DNA of 64,000 nucleotides from Octopus vulgaris (lineage: Eukaryota): NCBI GenBank assembly GCA_951406725.2, contig OX597827.1, positions 28,954,001 through 29,018,000 of the forward strand, given 5' to 3'. A model generated the notes under the pieces. It had not been told where the DNA came from. It did not search any database and saw only the letters and a list, made by a program, of their open reading frames with translations. A program made the translations under genes and the position numbers. This document shows positions 28,847 through 43,100 of the stretch, in pieces (position 1 is the stretch's first letter; each line of letters opens with the position of its first letter).

Positions 28847-30049
28847 TGTGTGTGTGTGTCTGTGTGTGTCTGTGTGTCTGTGTGTGTATGTGTGTGTGTT
28901 AGCGTCGAAGTTGACGTTGCTTTTTATCCTTTTGGAGTCGATAAGAAAAGTATCCGTTGAACACTAGGGCCGATGCAATCGAATGACCCCTCCCACTCCA
29001 ATGAAATTGCTGGTCTTGTGCCAAAATTTGAAACCAATATTAGTTGGTAGAGTCATTAGAGCAGTATGTGTTGTAGATCTTTATATTCTGAGCTCGAATT
29101 CTATCAATGTCAGCCCTGCCTTTTAACTTTTTCAGGGTCGATAAACTAAAATACTCCTCAAGTACTGCTGTATATTTTATCCAACATATATTTATGTATG
29201 CGTGCATACCATATTTTATTGTCACTTAAGGCAGTAGAATGGTAGAATCATTACCATACCAGACACAATGCTTATCAGCAAGGCATCTGTACGTTTTGAG
29301 TTCAAATTCCACTGAGGTCGCATTGGCTATTCATCATTTTCAGTTTGGTAACATAAGTAACAGTCGAGCATTAGGGTCGATGTAATCGCCTTTCCCCACC
29401 TCTCAAGATTTCTGGCTTGTGCTAAAATTTGAAGCCATTTTTTTTATTGTTACTTATTTTCTGCGTAAATGAAGGGTTAAGAGGAAGCTGAATGCAGCGA
29501 GATTTGATCTTAGAAAGTGAAACGACCAACAAATTATTCATGTCTTTGGAACCTATAATTGTAACTTGAATATAGAGCTACTTTTAATTTCAGTAAAAAG
29601 AAAGATTCATTAATGGGTAATTTGGCAGGATGGACATTCGCCCGTTGACATTCGCTGACGCTGCAGTGAAGAAACCAAAGAAGAAAAGGCCAAAGAAAAA
29701 GGGACAAAGACAAAACGCACGCAACACCAAAGCTGAAGACACCTCCGAAAGTATGATGGGGAACGGCACGTCGAAAAAGGTTGAGGAGTAGGGGCTGAAA
29801 CCGGACGTGTCTCTTGATGATATCTTTAGCCACTGGATCCTATAAAGATAGCGAATTACAAAATGTGGTGGGAATTGCTCACAGGAACTAGGCTAAAAGT
29901 TACCTTGGGCATTAAGAGGGAAATATCGACTTCTGTATTAAACTGGTGCGTATTTTAAAAAATCCTGAGAGACGAAAGATGAAACGGGTCTGATTAACAT
30001 TTGAACTAAGCAGAAAAATTACTATCAATAAATATCGCCATGTCTCTCA

Positions 30050-30176
30050 TCTCTTTCCTACGAAGAGAGCATAGACTCAAAACGTCAACGACATTTCCAA
30101 TCTTCCTGGGCGTCAAATGAATACACCTGATTGTTGTTCCTTCACCTGTTTTTGACTTGTTTTGTATGCATTTGAA

Positions 30177-30178
<2 letters not shown>
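30050..30178 (+). mobile_element. Degenerate PLE-type 3' terminus, homologous to 63395-63515
   Basis: cttt..gaagagagcatagactcaaaacgtcaacgac...aatacac..ttgttgt..cacctgt followed by (TA)n; decayed HHR-like layout. Confidence 0.5.
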
Positions 30179-30248
<70 letters not shown>

Positions 30249-30251
<3 letters not shown>

Positions 30252-30349
30252 GGAGTAAACACATAAATGTGAAACAAGGTGGAAAAAAGAGTACTCAAAT
30301 ACCAGTGGTAGAGTTATATGCTTTATTTAAAGCAGCTGCTTTAAATAAA

Positions 30350-30355
<6 letters not shown>
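30249..30355. mobile_element. Short remnant between (TA)n tracts ending in a perfect 30-bp palindrome
   Basis: Homologous to 15108-15195; ctttatttaaagcag|ctgctttaaataaag at 30321-30350. Confidence 0.65.
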
Positions 30356-30422
<67 letters not shown>

Positions 30423-30528
30423 TATATACATACATATATTTGTCGCATTTTCCATTTTCTCTCGTTGTTTGCGTATTTAACACGTTTTAGTACTTCATGT
30501 TATTTACACAGTTGGTGATGTCCTGTAC

Positions 30529-30575
<47 letters not shown>

Positions 30576-30581
30576 TATGTA

Positions 30582-30628
<47 letters not shown>

Positions 30629-31212
30629 TATATTATTATTATGGCTAACGAATAATTGTCATATATTACATTTACATATAAATATATATATACAATATTT
30701 ATGACTAGATGCGTTAAGCAGTAACCGAAAGGAAAATAAATTATTTGATACCAATGCGTATATCTCTGAGCGTAACTGAATCAACCCTCAAAAAGGCCTT
30801 TCACTGTAGTTCGTGATGTAAAACATATCTTCATTAATGGATCCAACCATTTTAACATCTGGGCTTGATCAAAATCCTGGCCCAGAAAAAGAAAAGTAAA
30901 ACACCAATTAGCTTTTTTTTAAAAATATACATTCATTTTGTAGGGGCCGCCTGAGGTAAACTTCATGGTCCCATGCGGCCCTGGCAGCCGCGGTTGAGAA
31001 AAGTAGTTCCAGAAATTAAAATGCATCAAACCACAATGGTCAATTCTTCAGAGCACCCCGTCTATATATATATTTCGAAGCAGTTACCTTCTCATCAGTG
31101 TGTGTATAAAACAATTTTCACCCATCTACATATATATATACATGCATACATATATATATATATATATATATGTATATGTGTGTGTGTGTGTTTGTACATA
31201 TACATATATACG

Positions 31213-31243
<31 letters not shown>

Positions 31244-31248
31244 CATAC

Positions 31249-31283
<35 letters not shown>

Positions 31284-31285
31284 GA

Positions 31286-31319
<34 letters not shown>

Positions 31320-31363
31320 ATTGATAGATAGATACATACATACATATTCATATATGTACATAC

Positions 31364-31437
<74 letters not shown>

Positions 31438-33047
31438 GCATACGCGCACAAACGCACTCACATATGTGAGTGTATGTGTATGTTTGTATGTATATATTTA
31501 CCAACAAATGCTTCAAAATATGCGATAAAATACATAGAGGGTATTGTGCTGCATTCAGGCCTGAAGATCTTTTAAAGGGGACATAAATAGATACTTGCGG
31601 CGATGAGGAGGAAGGCAGATATGGTAGGAGCTTATCTATTCACATTCTAACTATTAGCTTATATTGGCATATGTCCAGAAAAATAATAGGGTTCAAAGGA
31701 GAGTGTATATACATAGATATGTACGTGTGTGAGTATGCGTGTGTCTGTATGTGTGTGTGGGTGTGTGTGTGTGTATGCGTGCGTGCGCGTGTGTGTAATA
31801 GTGTGTCTAATTTCCTTGATGGCCATATTGCATTGTCAAACTGATAAGTTGCTGTTCGCTTATTTGAAAGTAAATATTATACCTGACTCAACACGGCACA
31901 GTAAAGGGGACGAAAGCAAGGGGTGTAGAGAGAGGAAGAGAGCGACAGAGAAAGAGACAGAGATAAAGAGAGGAAGAGAGCGACAGAGAAGGAGACAGAG
32001 ATAAAGAGAGAGAGAGGGGGAGATGGAGAGTCATCGAACTTGCAAGATATGTAAAGTGAGGGACACTGAGCGAGGAGATGAGAGGCGATGGCCTATTATA
32101 TCAATTGTATATATATATAACAAAAATTTAACAAATAAAACGTATGCATACATACGTATATGTACATACCTACATCTATATGTATATATACATGCATATA
32201 TATATATATATATGTGAGTACAGGACACCACAAATAAACGTAGAACACAACGATGTATATATATATGTTTATTTATTCATTCTGAATGTCAAAGTATAAT
32301 ATTGGCTAAGGCACAACTGACTGATAACCTAAGATTTCATATAAACAGGCGCGAGATTTTTATCAATTTGGTTCAATAGAAAGATTATATGCCATTCCAA
32401 TCGCTTTCCATAATTAAGAGAAACGAAGGGTAGTCGCCATTTAGTAGTAGGCGTTTATTTTCTATCGGGCATCGGTTATGTATGTATTGGGGAAAAAAGG
32501 GTATCTTGTGCTCCTTTATACGTCTTAGCCATCGAGCTGTGGCTCTGCTCGGGGCACCACACTATTATTATTTCTAAACTTTTATTGATCTTTTGTCTTT
32601 GGTTGGTGTTAGGTGAATGTGGCTGTACGATAATTTTACCCTCATTTGCTATTTTCAAAATATTTTCTAAACATATTCATTTGCAAATCATAGTAACTGA
32701 AGTTGAATATTTTGATATTCTGGTGTGTCTGGGGAGAGTCATTCTCTTATGGTGCCTTATAATTTAACACACTCACCGGTAAAATTTCCACTTGTTTATT
32801 TTTATTTTTCTAAAATTTTCATTGTGTTTTGCAACCTTTACAATAATATTGTTATTTTGTTAGTCTGATTTTTATTTAGCGATTCCACGACAAATCCCCC
32901 TGCATCTTTGCTTTGCGTGGCTTGTGCACTTTCAGTGATCTGTGTAATGTACGTGTAGCGCTTAGTGCAGTTGGAAATAATTACCAAATATATAAATATC
33001 TTACAGCAACATAAACAGTAGCAAGAACATCAACAACAACAACGACG

Positions 33048-33103
<56 letters not shown>

Positions 33104-33116
33104 GACTACGACTACG

Positions 33117-33154
<38 letters not shown>

Positions 33155-33614
33155 GACTAAACTCATTTTCAAGCAAAAATACAAATAATCATGGTCGTTA
33201 CAATAACCTCCGTCCATTTTCCTATCAACTAACTAAAGTATCGACCCCTTATAGCATATACATACATATAAACATATTGTGTTGTGCATGTATGTATGTA
33301 CGTACGTACGTAAGTACGTATGTGTGTGTTTGCATGGGGGTGATGCGTGTGTGTGTAACGTACCTATTCATTCCTTATACATTTTGGCACATTCAGCAAT
33401 ATTGTTTTCGTCATCGGAGAACATCTCCCTCTATATAATGTTTCTCTTTTTGTTTTTTTTTCCTAACACGCTCGATTTATCAGTGCAAGAGTACTGTGTG
33501 ACACTGTGATGTTTGGACCTTATTGTATGATTCCTTAAATTTCACGTGTGTACGAGTACTTGCTTATAGGATACAGCGATCCAAATACTTGCCGATGAAT
33601 GCAGATGAATCTCT

Positions 33615-33956
33615 TTTACTCTCTTTAATTTGTTTCAGGCTTTTGACTGCGGCCATGCTGGAGCACCGCCTTTAGTCGAGCAAATCGACCCCGGGACTTA
33701 TTCTTTGCAAGCCCAGTACTTATTCTATCGGTCACTTTTTGCCGAACCGCTAGATTACGAGGGCGTAAACACACCAGCATCGGTTGTCAAGCAATGCAAG
33801 CGGGACAAACACAAGCACATATATATACATATATACGACGGGTTTTGATCGACCCGAGGCTATAGTAGAAGACACTTGCCCAAGGTGCCACGCAGTGGGA
33901 TTGAACCTGGAACCAAGTGGTTGGTAAGCAAGCTACTTGCCACACAGCCACTCCTA
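33615..33956 (-). mobile_element. SINE family C
   Basis: Colinear with 19985-20363. Confidence 0.85.
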
Positions 33957-34262
33957 CTAATGACTCTGAAACAGATATTAATACATGGACGCAGAAACAG
34001 CGAGAGTCCAAATAATATTGAATCCATTAATTCTTAAAACGTTCTGGCAGATTCGAAGGTAAATATGCTGATCGCTGTTGTTTTCCGCCGTCGGAGAATA
34101 AATAGCTTCGTTACGATATGTATCCTCGCTGTTCTGAATGCACTCCATACAATATATATATATATATAAATATATACAAATGTGTGCGCGTGTGTGTATG
34201 TGTTTATTTATATAACTTGTATAGGCGTTGACAAACAAAAGAATGTGGTACTCTGTACATTT

Positions 34263-34938
<676 letters not shown>

Positions 34939-34969
34939 TCGGTAGACTTGGTTTGAGTTATTCAAAATT

Positions 34970-35592
34970 GGTTTCAAATTTTAGCACTAGGCCAGCATAT
35001 CCGAAGGATGGTGATAGCTGAGTACATAACCTCAGTGCTCAACTGGTAGTTATCGGCCCCGAAATGATGAATGGCAAAATCGAACTCAGCAGAATTTCAA
35101 CTCAGAACGTAATGACGGACGAAATGCCCGCTAAGCATTTTTTCCGGCGTGCGAACTGTTTGTTATGTCTCCGTTTTGGAGTTATTCAATATTTATTTCT
35201 TTATTGCCCACAAGGGGCTAAACAGAGAGGGGACAAGCAAAGTGTATTAAGTCGATCACATCGACCCCAGTGCGTAACTGGTACTTATTTAATCGGCCCC
35301 GAAAAGATAAAAGGCAAAGTCGACCTCAGCGGAGTTTAGACTCAGAACGTAACAGCAGACGAAATACCTATTTCTTTACTACCCACAAGGGGCTAAACAC
35401 AGAGGGGACAAATAAGGACAGACAATCGGATTGAGTTGATTACATCGACCCCAGTGCGTAACTGGTAACTTAATTTATCGACCCCGAAAGGGTGAAAGGC
35501 AAAGTCGACCTCGGCGGAATTTGAACTCAGAACGTAGCGGCAGACAAAATACCGCTAAGCATATTGCTCGGCGTGCTAACGATTCTCCCAGC
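34970..35592 (-). mobile_element. Cluster of three SINE family A units
   Basis: Three repeats of ..gaaaggcaaagtcgacctcggcggaatttgaactcagaacgta-like sequence. Confidence 0.85.
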
Positions 35593-36699
35593 ACATAATA
35601 ACTGTTTGACTTAGCTCCATGTGACTTAAATATTCGCGGTCTCGTCGGACGAACCCATCACCTCACATATCCAAAGAAGAGTAACGAGATTTGAGACAAA
35701 TTCAAGTTGGCTCCTACATGTTAGGTCCTTATCGGTGCGCTGAGGTCGCATGCTTTTATTGCTGCCGGAGCGACATGAGATCTTTTATTTATAACTCACC
35801 CCAAGTACTCGCACAGGATGTTGGCAGGAAAAGTCGCTGTTATGCCTGCCAGCTGCGGTATAATGTTTTCAAAAAATTCATATCATTGCATTTGATATCA
35901 TACATTGTAGGACGGGCTGTTGTTGCGGACTAGTAGCTTGGTGGTCAGCCAGTAGAGAATTAACACATTAGCAGAAGTAGTCTTTACGTGGAAGTAACCA
36001 GATTTAATGGAGCTGTGGTAAAATTTGAACCTATGCCATGAATTATAGAATGATCCTCTCGTTACGCCCAGAATTTATCTAATTGTTACCCCTAGAAAAA
36101 TGCCCTGTTAACTACAAACCACTGACAGTTGACAATCCAGATATATCACACTGCGCCTGGCTGTCCCACACACAAGGGCAGGGTATTTAATCTCTGCCGT
36201 TTGTATAAAGTACAGACCCACCTATGCTAACCATCTCTTGTTTAGATATCAGATTAAATGGGTTCGTCTTAGCAACCTGTGAATCCTTATGTCCTATGGA
36301 ACTAAGACAAGTTGTTATTTAATCACTCGATGATGAAGCATCAGTTGTTCGATCTACTGAATAACCCGCGCTTCTGTTAACGTGTAAATAGCTGAATATT
36401 CCTGAGAAATGCGAGCTTTTAACGTAATTTGACGCTCTATCAATGTGGCACACCGTGTGTAATAAGATTGTACGTCTTGAATTATTGATAAAATCCACTC
36501 GATGTGAAAGGAAATTCTATTTGTCTTTAATGCAACTCAAGGAAAATTAATATATGCACTATTTACGTCTTGATAATCTGGAAACTTTGTGAGCTGTAGA
36601 ATAATTCGTATTTAGGGAGCAAGAGGTATTCGAGGACATACTAGACAATTTAGTAAATTTTCAAAAGCCAAATGTATTTTAAATAAAAAACAAAAATTT

Positions 36700-37830
36700 G
36701 CATATGTTCTCAATAATCTTTCTTATAAGATTATTCTATGAATCCACTTTCAGTTCTGATCATAGCTTCGATGCGGGCAGAAATCTTTGACAGGGCTGAC
36801 TAAAAGTTTCTGAATCATTTCGAACATTACCTGAACAATGACGGGCCCCAATGGAATTATGGTGTTGTGAGGATGTGGATCGGTCACCCTTTGAGAAAAC
36901 GTTCCAAATGTGGATGTGCATGGCGCTTAAATCTAGTGGGTTTAGAAGCCATAAGTTTAGTGATACATGATCGTAAAGATTGTCTAGCATCTAGTCTTGG
37001 GTTACATGAGCTCTGTGAGAAGGTGTTGAGTTTTGTTGAAACAAGTATAGCCTTCCACTGCGTACTTCATCAATCAAGGGCTTATAGACTGTCCGCCGCA
37101 CCTCGCCGTAACCAGATGTATTAATTCCAAGATCCCGTGGGAAAATGTGAAATGGCGTAACATGACCGTCACTCATCACTCGAAACCCATCACAGCTGCT
37201 TGTCATTTGTGTGCATCTCTCAAGACACCAGAAGGGTCAGTACATAACTGTCGTTTCTCCAGCGAGAAGTTTGGTCTTGGTCGATGTTTTCATCTGGTAA
37301 GACCTAATGCATGAGAAGAATTTTGACTCGGTTCAAACGGTTTTCTTGTGTCGTTGCAGACATGAATTGACCTCTTCTCAAAAAATACGACTTATATCAA
37401 GTGCCTTCAGTTACCGGAAATTTGATAGTCCACTCCAACACCTGAAGTTATTTGGAGATGGTCCGTATTGATTTTCTGGGATCATCTTCGATAATAATTT
37501 GAACTAGTGGCATTGAATGCAGTGTTCATGTAGTGTCCGAACGTTTAGAATGGTTTTTCTCTTTGATACGGTTGAAACAGTCCCACCAGAGACTTCCAAT
37601 TCCATCTGAACACTGAGTACAAAAGAACATGCAACATTTCGGACACTGAAAATTTCTACATCGGTGTATACCTCATGAATGCCAAAAATGACTGCATGTC
37701 TCTCCATTTCTTGTGTTATCATTTTAACTGGCATGGAAGATCTGAAAGAAATAGAAACCTTTTAATTGGTTTGAACAGAAAATTAGACTGAGAATTTGGT
37801 CTCCTCAGAAACCCTTCGCACCGTGTATAT
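36700..37830 (-). pseudogene. Degenerate Tc1/mariner transposase, maT (DD37D)-like
   Basis: N-terminus TQEMERHAVIFGIH..VACSFV; catalytic region VMSDGHVTPFHIFP..YLFQQNSTPSHRAHVTQD*MLDNLYDHVSLNLWLLNPLDLS, corresponding to FQQDSAPxH...WPPxSPDLNPLD. Confidence 0.75.
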
Positions 37831-38183
37831 GTACTTGCTGGGTCTATTGGAAAGGGGGTCAACCATGGGTTTTTCATGTTCTTTGAGATAAGGGAGGGTG
37901 ATTTTGTTTAGCCCTTGAACGACGGATATCAGCGATAGATATTTCATTATAGAACAACGGATACCATTAATTTGTGGTTCTAAAATTTTACGTGGAATTG
38001 GCCGTCATCAATCGACACCCAAGCGTCTGCTCCATCGAATGTGCTCAAGCGTAAGCGACCCTAATCGATGGTAGGAATCAAGTCTCAAAGTCTTTATACA
38101 GCAATGAAGACTTTTCTGATTTTCCTTCGTCATCAGATAAGTTAGACGACGACGTCGACGACGACGACGACGACAACGACGAC

Positions 38184-38217
<34 letters not shown>

Positions 38218-39239
38218 GTGATGGTGATGGTGGTGGTGGTGGTGGTGGTGGTGGTGGTGGTGGTTTTGGTGGCGACGACAACGACAATGATGATTCTCTA
38301 CATAGCACTGAAGAAAGCGATACTCCTGTTAGCCTTGGATGGAAAAACGCACCGAATTTTTCCGATTTGTACATTCGTTCGACAACGACAATGATGGGGA
38401 TATCAAATGAATTTATGCTCAAATGATTTTATTGTCCTTTATTCTTTATTTTTATAATTTAATTCTGTTGAAATATAAAAAAAAAATATTTAAATTACCC
38501 TGAGGATAAAAAGAAATTGGTGATTGCTGTTTGGCACACAAATTCTTGCAACATTTTCCCGCTGTTTAATGGCAAAGTACATCTTAGTGTTGTGTGTGAC
38601 CTGCTGGAGAAGCATAAATGAACATGGAATTCCAGAGGGCAAACTAAAAAAATTTAGTTATCCAAAGCAATTTATTACAGATCTATTTTTTTTTCTTAAA
38701 CACTACGCCTGCAATGAAAACTATAGTTTTAGCATCAAAGCGCTTGTGTAATTTCTAGCAATAAACACAAGGGAGATAAGTCCGAGATCCAAACTCTAGT
38801 AATACGTCCAAGGAAAGCAGCAGTTATCTCACATTATTACAGTTTTACAGATTTACAATCAATGGAAACGAATCGTATAGTTCGAAATGTGACAGTGAAT
38901 ATCCCCCTGATGAGTAAATACGAAAATAACAGCCATTTATAAATACAAACGAACCAGCAATTTTTTGTTGCTTTAAGTGTTGTAAGCGCAGTTTTTCTTT
39001 TTGTCCATCTTTCTTTAGGAAACCACTAACTTTAGTCCATTATTCGAAACTGTGCGACATTCTAAGACTTTTGATTCTGTAATAAAACAACATTAATCAC
39101 TTCTTTGGGTGTTTCTTTTCTTGTGTTTTTGCTTTCTTGTTTTTTCTTTTCTTTTTTCTTTTCTTGTTTTTTTTTTCTTTTCTGTTCTTTTTCATTTTTT
39201 AGAAAAAATTCAGTAAGTTCTTAAAAGTGAGGAGGACAG

Positions 39240-39750
39240 AGGAGGACAGATAGAAAAGATACAAGAAGAAGAAGAAGAAGAAGAAGGAGGAGGAGGAGGA
39301 GAAGAAGAAGGAGGAGGAGGAGGAGGAGGAGGAGGAGGAGGAGGAGGAGAAAAATAAGAAGAAGAAGAAGAAGAAGAAGGAGAAGGAGGAGGAGGAGAGG
39401 AGAAGGGCTGCGGGAGAAGAGGAAGTAAATGAGAAAAGAAGAAAAAAAAAGAGAGACGAAGAAGCGGAAGATGAGGAGGAGAAAGAAGAAGAAGAAGAAG
39501 AAGAAGAAGAAGAGGAAGAAAGAAGAAGGAGGAGGAGGAGAGGAGAAGGGCAGGGGAAGAAGTGGAAGAGGAGAAGAAGAAAAAGAAGGAGAGACGAAGA
39601 AGGGGATGAGGAGTAGGGAGAAGAAGAAAAAGAAGAAGAAGAAGAAGAAGAAGAAGAAGAAGAAGAAGAAGAAGAAGAAAGAAGAAGAAGAAGAAGAAGA
39701 AGAAGAAGAAGAAGAAGAAGAAGAAGAAGAAGAAGAAGAAGAAGAAAGGG
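39240..39750. repeat. ~500-bp polypurine (GAA)n/(GGA)n tract
   Basis: Direct reading. Confidence 0.95.
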
Positions 39751-41929
39751 AAAAACAGCCAAAGTAATGATAGTGTATTTGTAAATGTTTTCTTTCCTAA
39801 AGAACCTAATAGTGATGTTATCGAAGTATTGGAGGCAATAAAATTTGCCTCCCTGACCTGTTGTGCTGTTTTCTTTCAATAGTTATCGATCTTTTGATCA
39901 AAAGTATTGACAACATTGACTGCCGTATAGTCATTAATAATATAGATTTTTTTTCCCCTTTCACCGAAAAAAAAATTCGATTTTTTCCTCTCCTTTCTTT
40001 GTTGTTGACGTATTTTGTTATAGTAGCAGCAGACAGCACATTGGTATCGTAAGTGTCGTTGTTGATGATGATGATGATGATGACGACGACCACCACCACC
40101 ACCACGGCGGCGATGACGTTGACGATGAAGACAGTGACAACGACGATGCCGACGGATGAAGATGATGATGATGATGGTGGTGATGATGATGCTGACGATG
40201 ACGATGATGATGGTGATGCTGCATATTGGGGTAATAAGGACATGTTGAAGTAGTAGTAGTAGTAGTTGTAGTAGTAGTAGTAGTAGTAGTAGTAGCAGCA
40301 GCAGAAGCAGCAGCAGCAGCAGAAGGTATGTATGTATTTATATATGCATTGTTGTTGCTGTTATTGAGGATGCCCTTGTTCAGTGGCCCTTATCTGCTGC
40401 TCTGTTTATGCTGACCCCCAGACACAAAGTCGACTGAAAGCTTATGAGAACCCTATTACCTATGAATGTTCTTGTTGTTGCAACAAAGTTAAGCGATGGA
40501 CACATAAGAGAGAGAGAGAGAAAGAAAGAAAGAAAGAAAGAAAGAGAGACAGACAGAGGACGGGTGTTGCTTGGGGGTCGACGGGAGTGAGAAGCGAGGA
40601 AGGATGAAAGAGTCGAACAAAGAATTTAGAATAGAACCTGGAATGTCAGAAAGTGTAGTGGGTGGGTGGGTGTTAACAGGTGAAGAAAGGTAGGTGTATA
40701 GATTGAGTTTAGAAGGGACAGCATGTTTTTGGTTTTTCAAAGGAGAATAGGGACGACTGTACGTTGGATTCTAGAGAAGAATGCAACGGAAATTTAGGTT
40801 TCGAAGTGGTTATAATGGCAACTGTGCGCCGTTGAATGAGGCTTTGTCTAATGCGAGTGTGTATTTTTAGGGCTCAGGTGATACTTTTGTTATTGTTCTT
40901 TGTGTAATTGTTGTTGTTGCTGTTTAACCTACAGGTCAACCGTAATCGATATGATTTATGATCAAAGCCTTCTGTATTCTCTACGCCATGCCATCTCTGT
41001 AGCTGTTCATGCAACAATGCAATGTATTTTACCCAATCAAACAGAAGTTAGAATTCACTTCGTAATCATAAAATCGTTTGGCTTTAAAACAGGTGATCAA
41101 AAGCTTTCCAGTTGCCATCATCCACGTTTTTTACGTGTATGTGTGTGTGTATGTCTGTGTATGTCTGTGTGTGTATGAGTAAGAGGTTTGTGTTTGTTTG
41201 TACGCAAAACACGTTCTCCAATATGTCTTTCTAAATTTAAAAAAGGGCTGTGTTTCATTTTGAGGGATATTTCGTTGCTAGAGCTCTTACGTATGACGGC
41301 CATAGATTCTTGGGTTTATCAGCAGTTTTCTATAATACTGCGTATTGATATGGAATCAGTAACGAATTCAAGCTAAATAATTTCATAGTCTGCAGTAGTA
41401 TTCTGCAGTCCATTGTCGCTGCTATTATACAATGCATTGTTGTCTGAACAGCTATTGAGATTGGAATTCATAGTAAATATCAGATGATTATATCTTATCT
41501 TGCTGTCAACAGCCCGCAAAGCAAACCGGATGAATAAAACCATTCCTGATGACCATAATCAGTCAATGTTTTGAAGGGGGACCAGGGAAAAGTTATACAA
41601 TGTCGTATCGAGTTTAAGACTTCGAGAGTTTGATTTGAATGAGATTTGACTATTATTTCAAACAGCTCTGTTATATTCGTGCGTAAAGTGGGTGCAGTAT
41701 CGCGGATATGTGCGTTGTATTTTCTATTAATCCTTATGTCAAACCTGATTAGCCAGAACTGCAGAGATGGCAGCTCCAGCTTCAACCATTCTCTCGAAGT
41801 ACCTTGGGTTATATATCATATGTAATAATTCTCTCTTTCTGAAAAAGAGCACGGTATGATTTGACTGGAGTTTCTTGCAGATCGAGTAACTGCGTAAGAG
41901 CTTCGTCATTGATTAAGCGACTGAAGATT

Positions 41930-42362
41930 ATATTTTCTTTTCTACCCTAGGCACAAGGCCCGAAATTTTGGGGGAGGGGGCCAGTCGATTAGATCGACCC
42001 GGTACGTAACTGGTACTTAATTTATCGACCCTGATAGGATGAAAGGCAAAGTTGACCTCGGCGGAATTTGAACTCAGAACGTAAAGACACGAAATACCCC
42101 TAAGCATTTCGTCCGACGTGCTAACGTTTCTTATTTCTTTATTGCCCACATGGGGCTAAACATAGAGGAGACGAACAAGGACAGACGAATGGATTGAGTC
42201 GATTACATCGACCCCAGTGCGTAACTGGTACTTAATTTATCGCCGACGAAAGGATGAAAGGCAAAGTCGACCTCGGCGGAATTTGAACTCAGAACGTAAA
42301 GACAGACGAAATACCACTAAGCATTTCGCTCGGCGAGCTAACGTTTCTGCCAGCTCGCCACC
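41930..42362 (-). mobile_element. Two tandem SINE family A copies
   Basis: Reverse complements of the 14381 and 14602 types, with the same two tail variants. Confidence 0.88.
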
Positions 42363-42639
42363 TTTACTGAAGTCAAATATTAAAGAATGAAATTAGTCCC
42401 TGCTGCAGAATATCTTTTATTTATTTTATAATTATGATGGTTATTAACAACTGACTGCAGTTATCGATAGTGTGCATTTGTTAGGGTTTATTGATATTTT
42501 GGACCCGGTCGGGGCTTTAGTCACTGCAGACTTGGTTGGGATTATTCATGTATTTAACGTTGGGGATCATTGATATTGGGTGCCGATGATGCAGAAATAT
42601 TTAGCGTGTATATCTATCAGAAAATGAAGCCTAAACGAG

Positions 42640-43100
42640 ATCAATCTCCCTTTCCGGGCATAGACAATATCTAAAACTTCATTCTGTCAAGGTTGAAAGC
42701 ATATCCTGAGCGGTCCATCGGACCTGAGGCAAAATTCTTTTATAAAACACTAGTTGTTGCTCCCATGATAAATCTGACCCTCTCCAAGACCGATTTGTCC
42801 ATCGCAAAGTTAAGGGCCGCTACAGCACAATAGTACTCCCGCTGTAACAAAACTCAGAACCTAAAGTCTTCATTCATTGGATATGAAAAGATGAAAACAT
42901 AATTACTTCAGTAAGATTTGAAATCAAACTGTAAAGATCCAACCAAAATGTTTTATGCAAGTCAGGAATGCGACTTATGATAATCTTCTGGATGTATATA
43001 GTGAGTGAGGTTCCATAATCGAAACTATCGGCATATCCATGTAAATGGAGTTGATTACCATAAATAAGATTGTAAGAAGATTCTAACATTATTTCCTTTT
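42640..43100 (-). pseudogene. Possible heavily decayed CR1/L2-group RT fragment
   Basis: LHLHGYADS (YADD-like), DLSWEQ and EQQLVFYK..QVR remnants; many stops. Confidence 0.3.

Noticed and set aside
38900-38945. CTGATGA-gta-aa-tac-GAAA hammerhead core
   Set aside because: No stem I, no stem III and no NUH site can be formed with the flanks.
41495-41800. Possible hAT transposase relic (ERMVEAGAAISAVL)
   Set aside because: Single weak motif, many stops, no TIRs.
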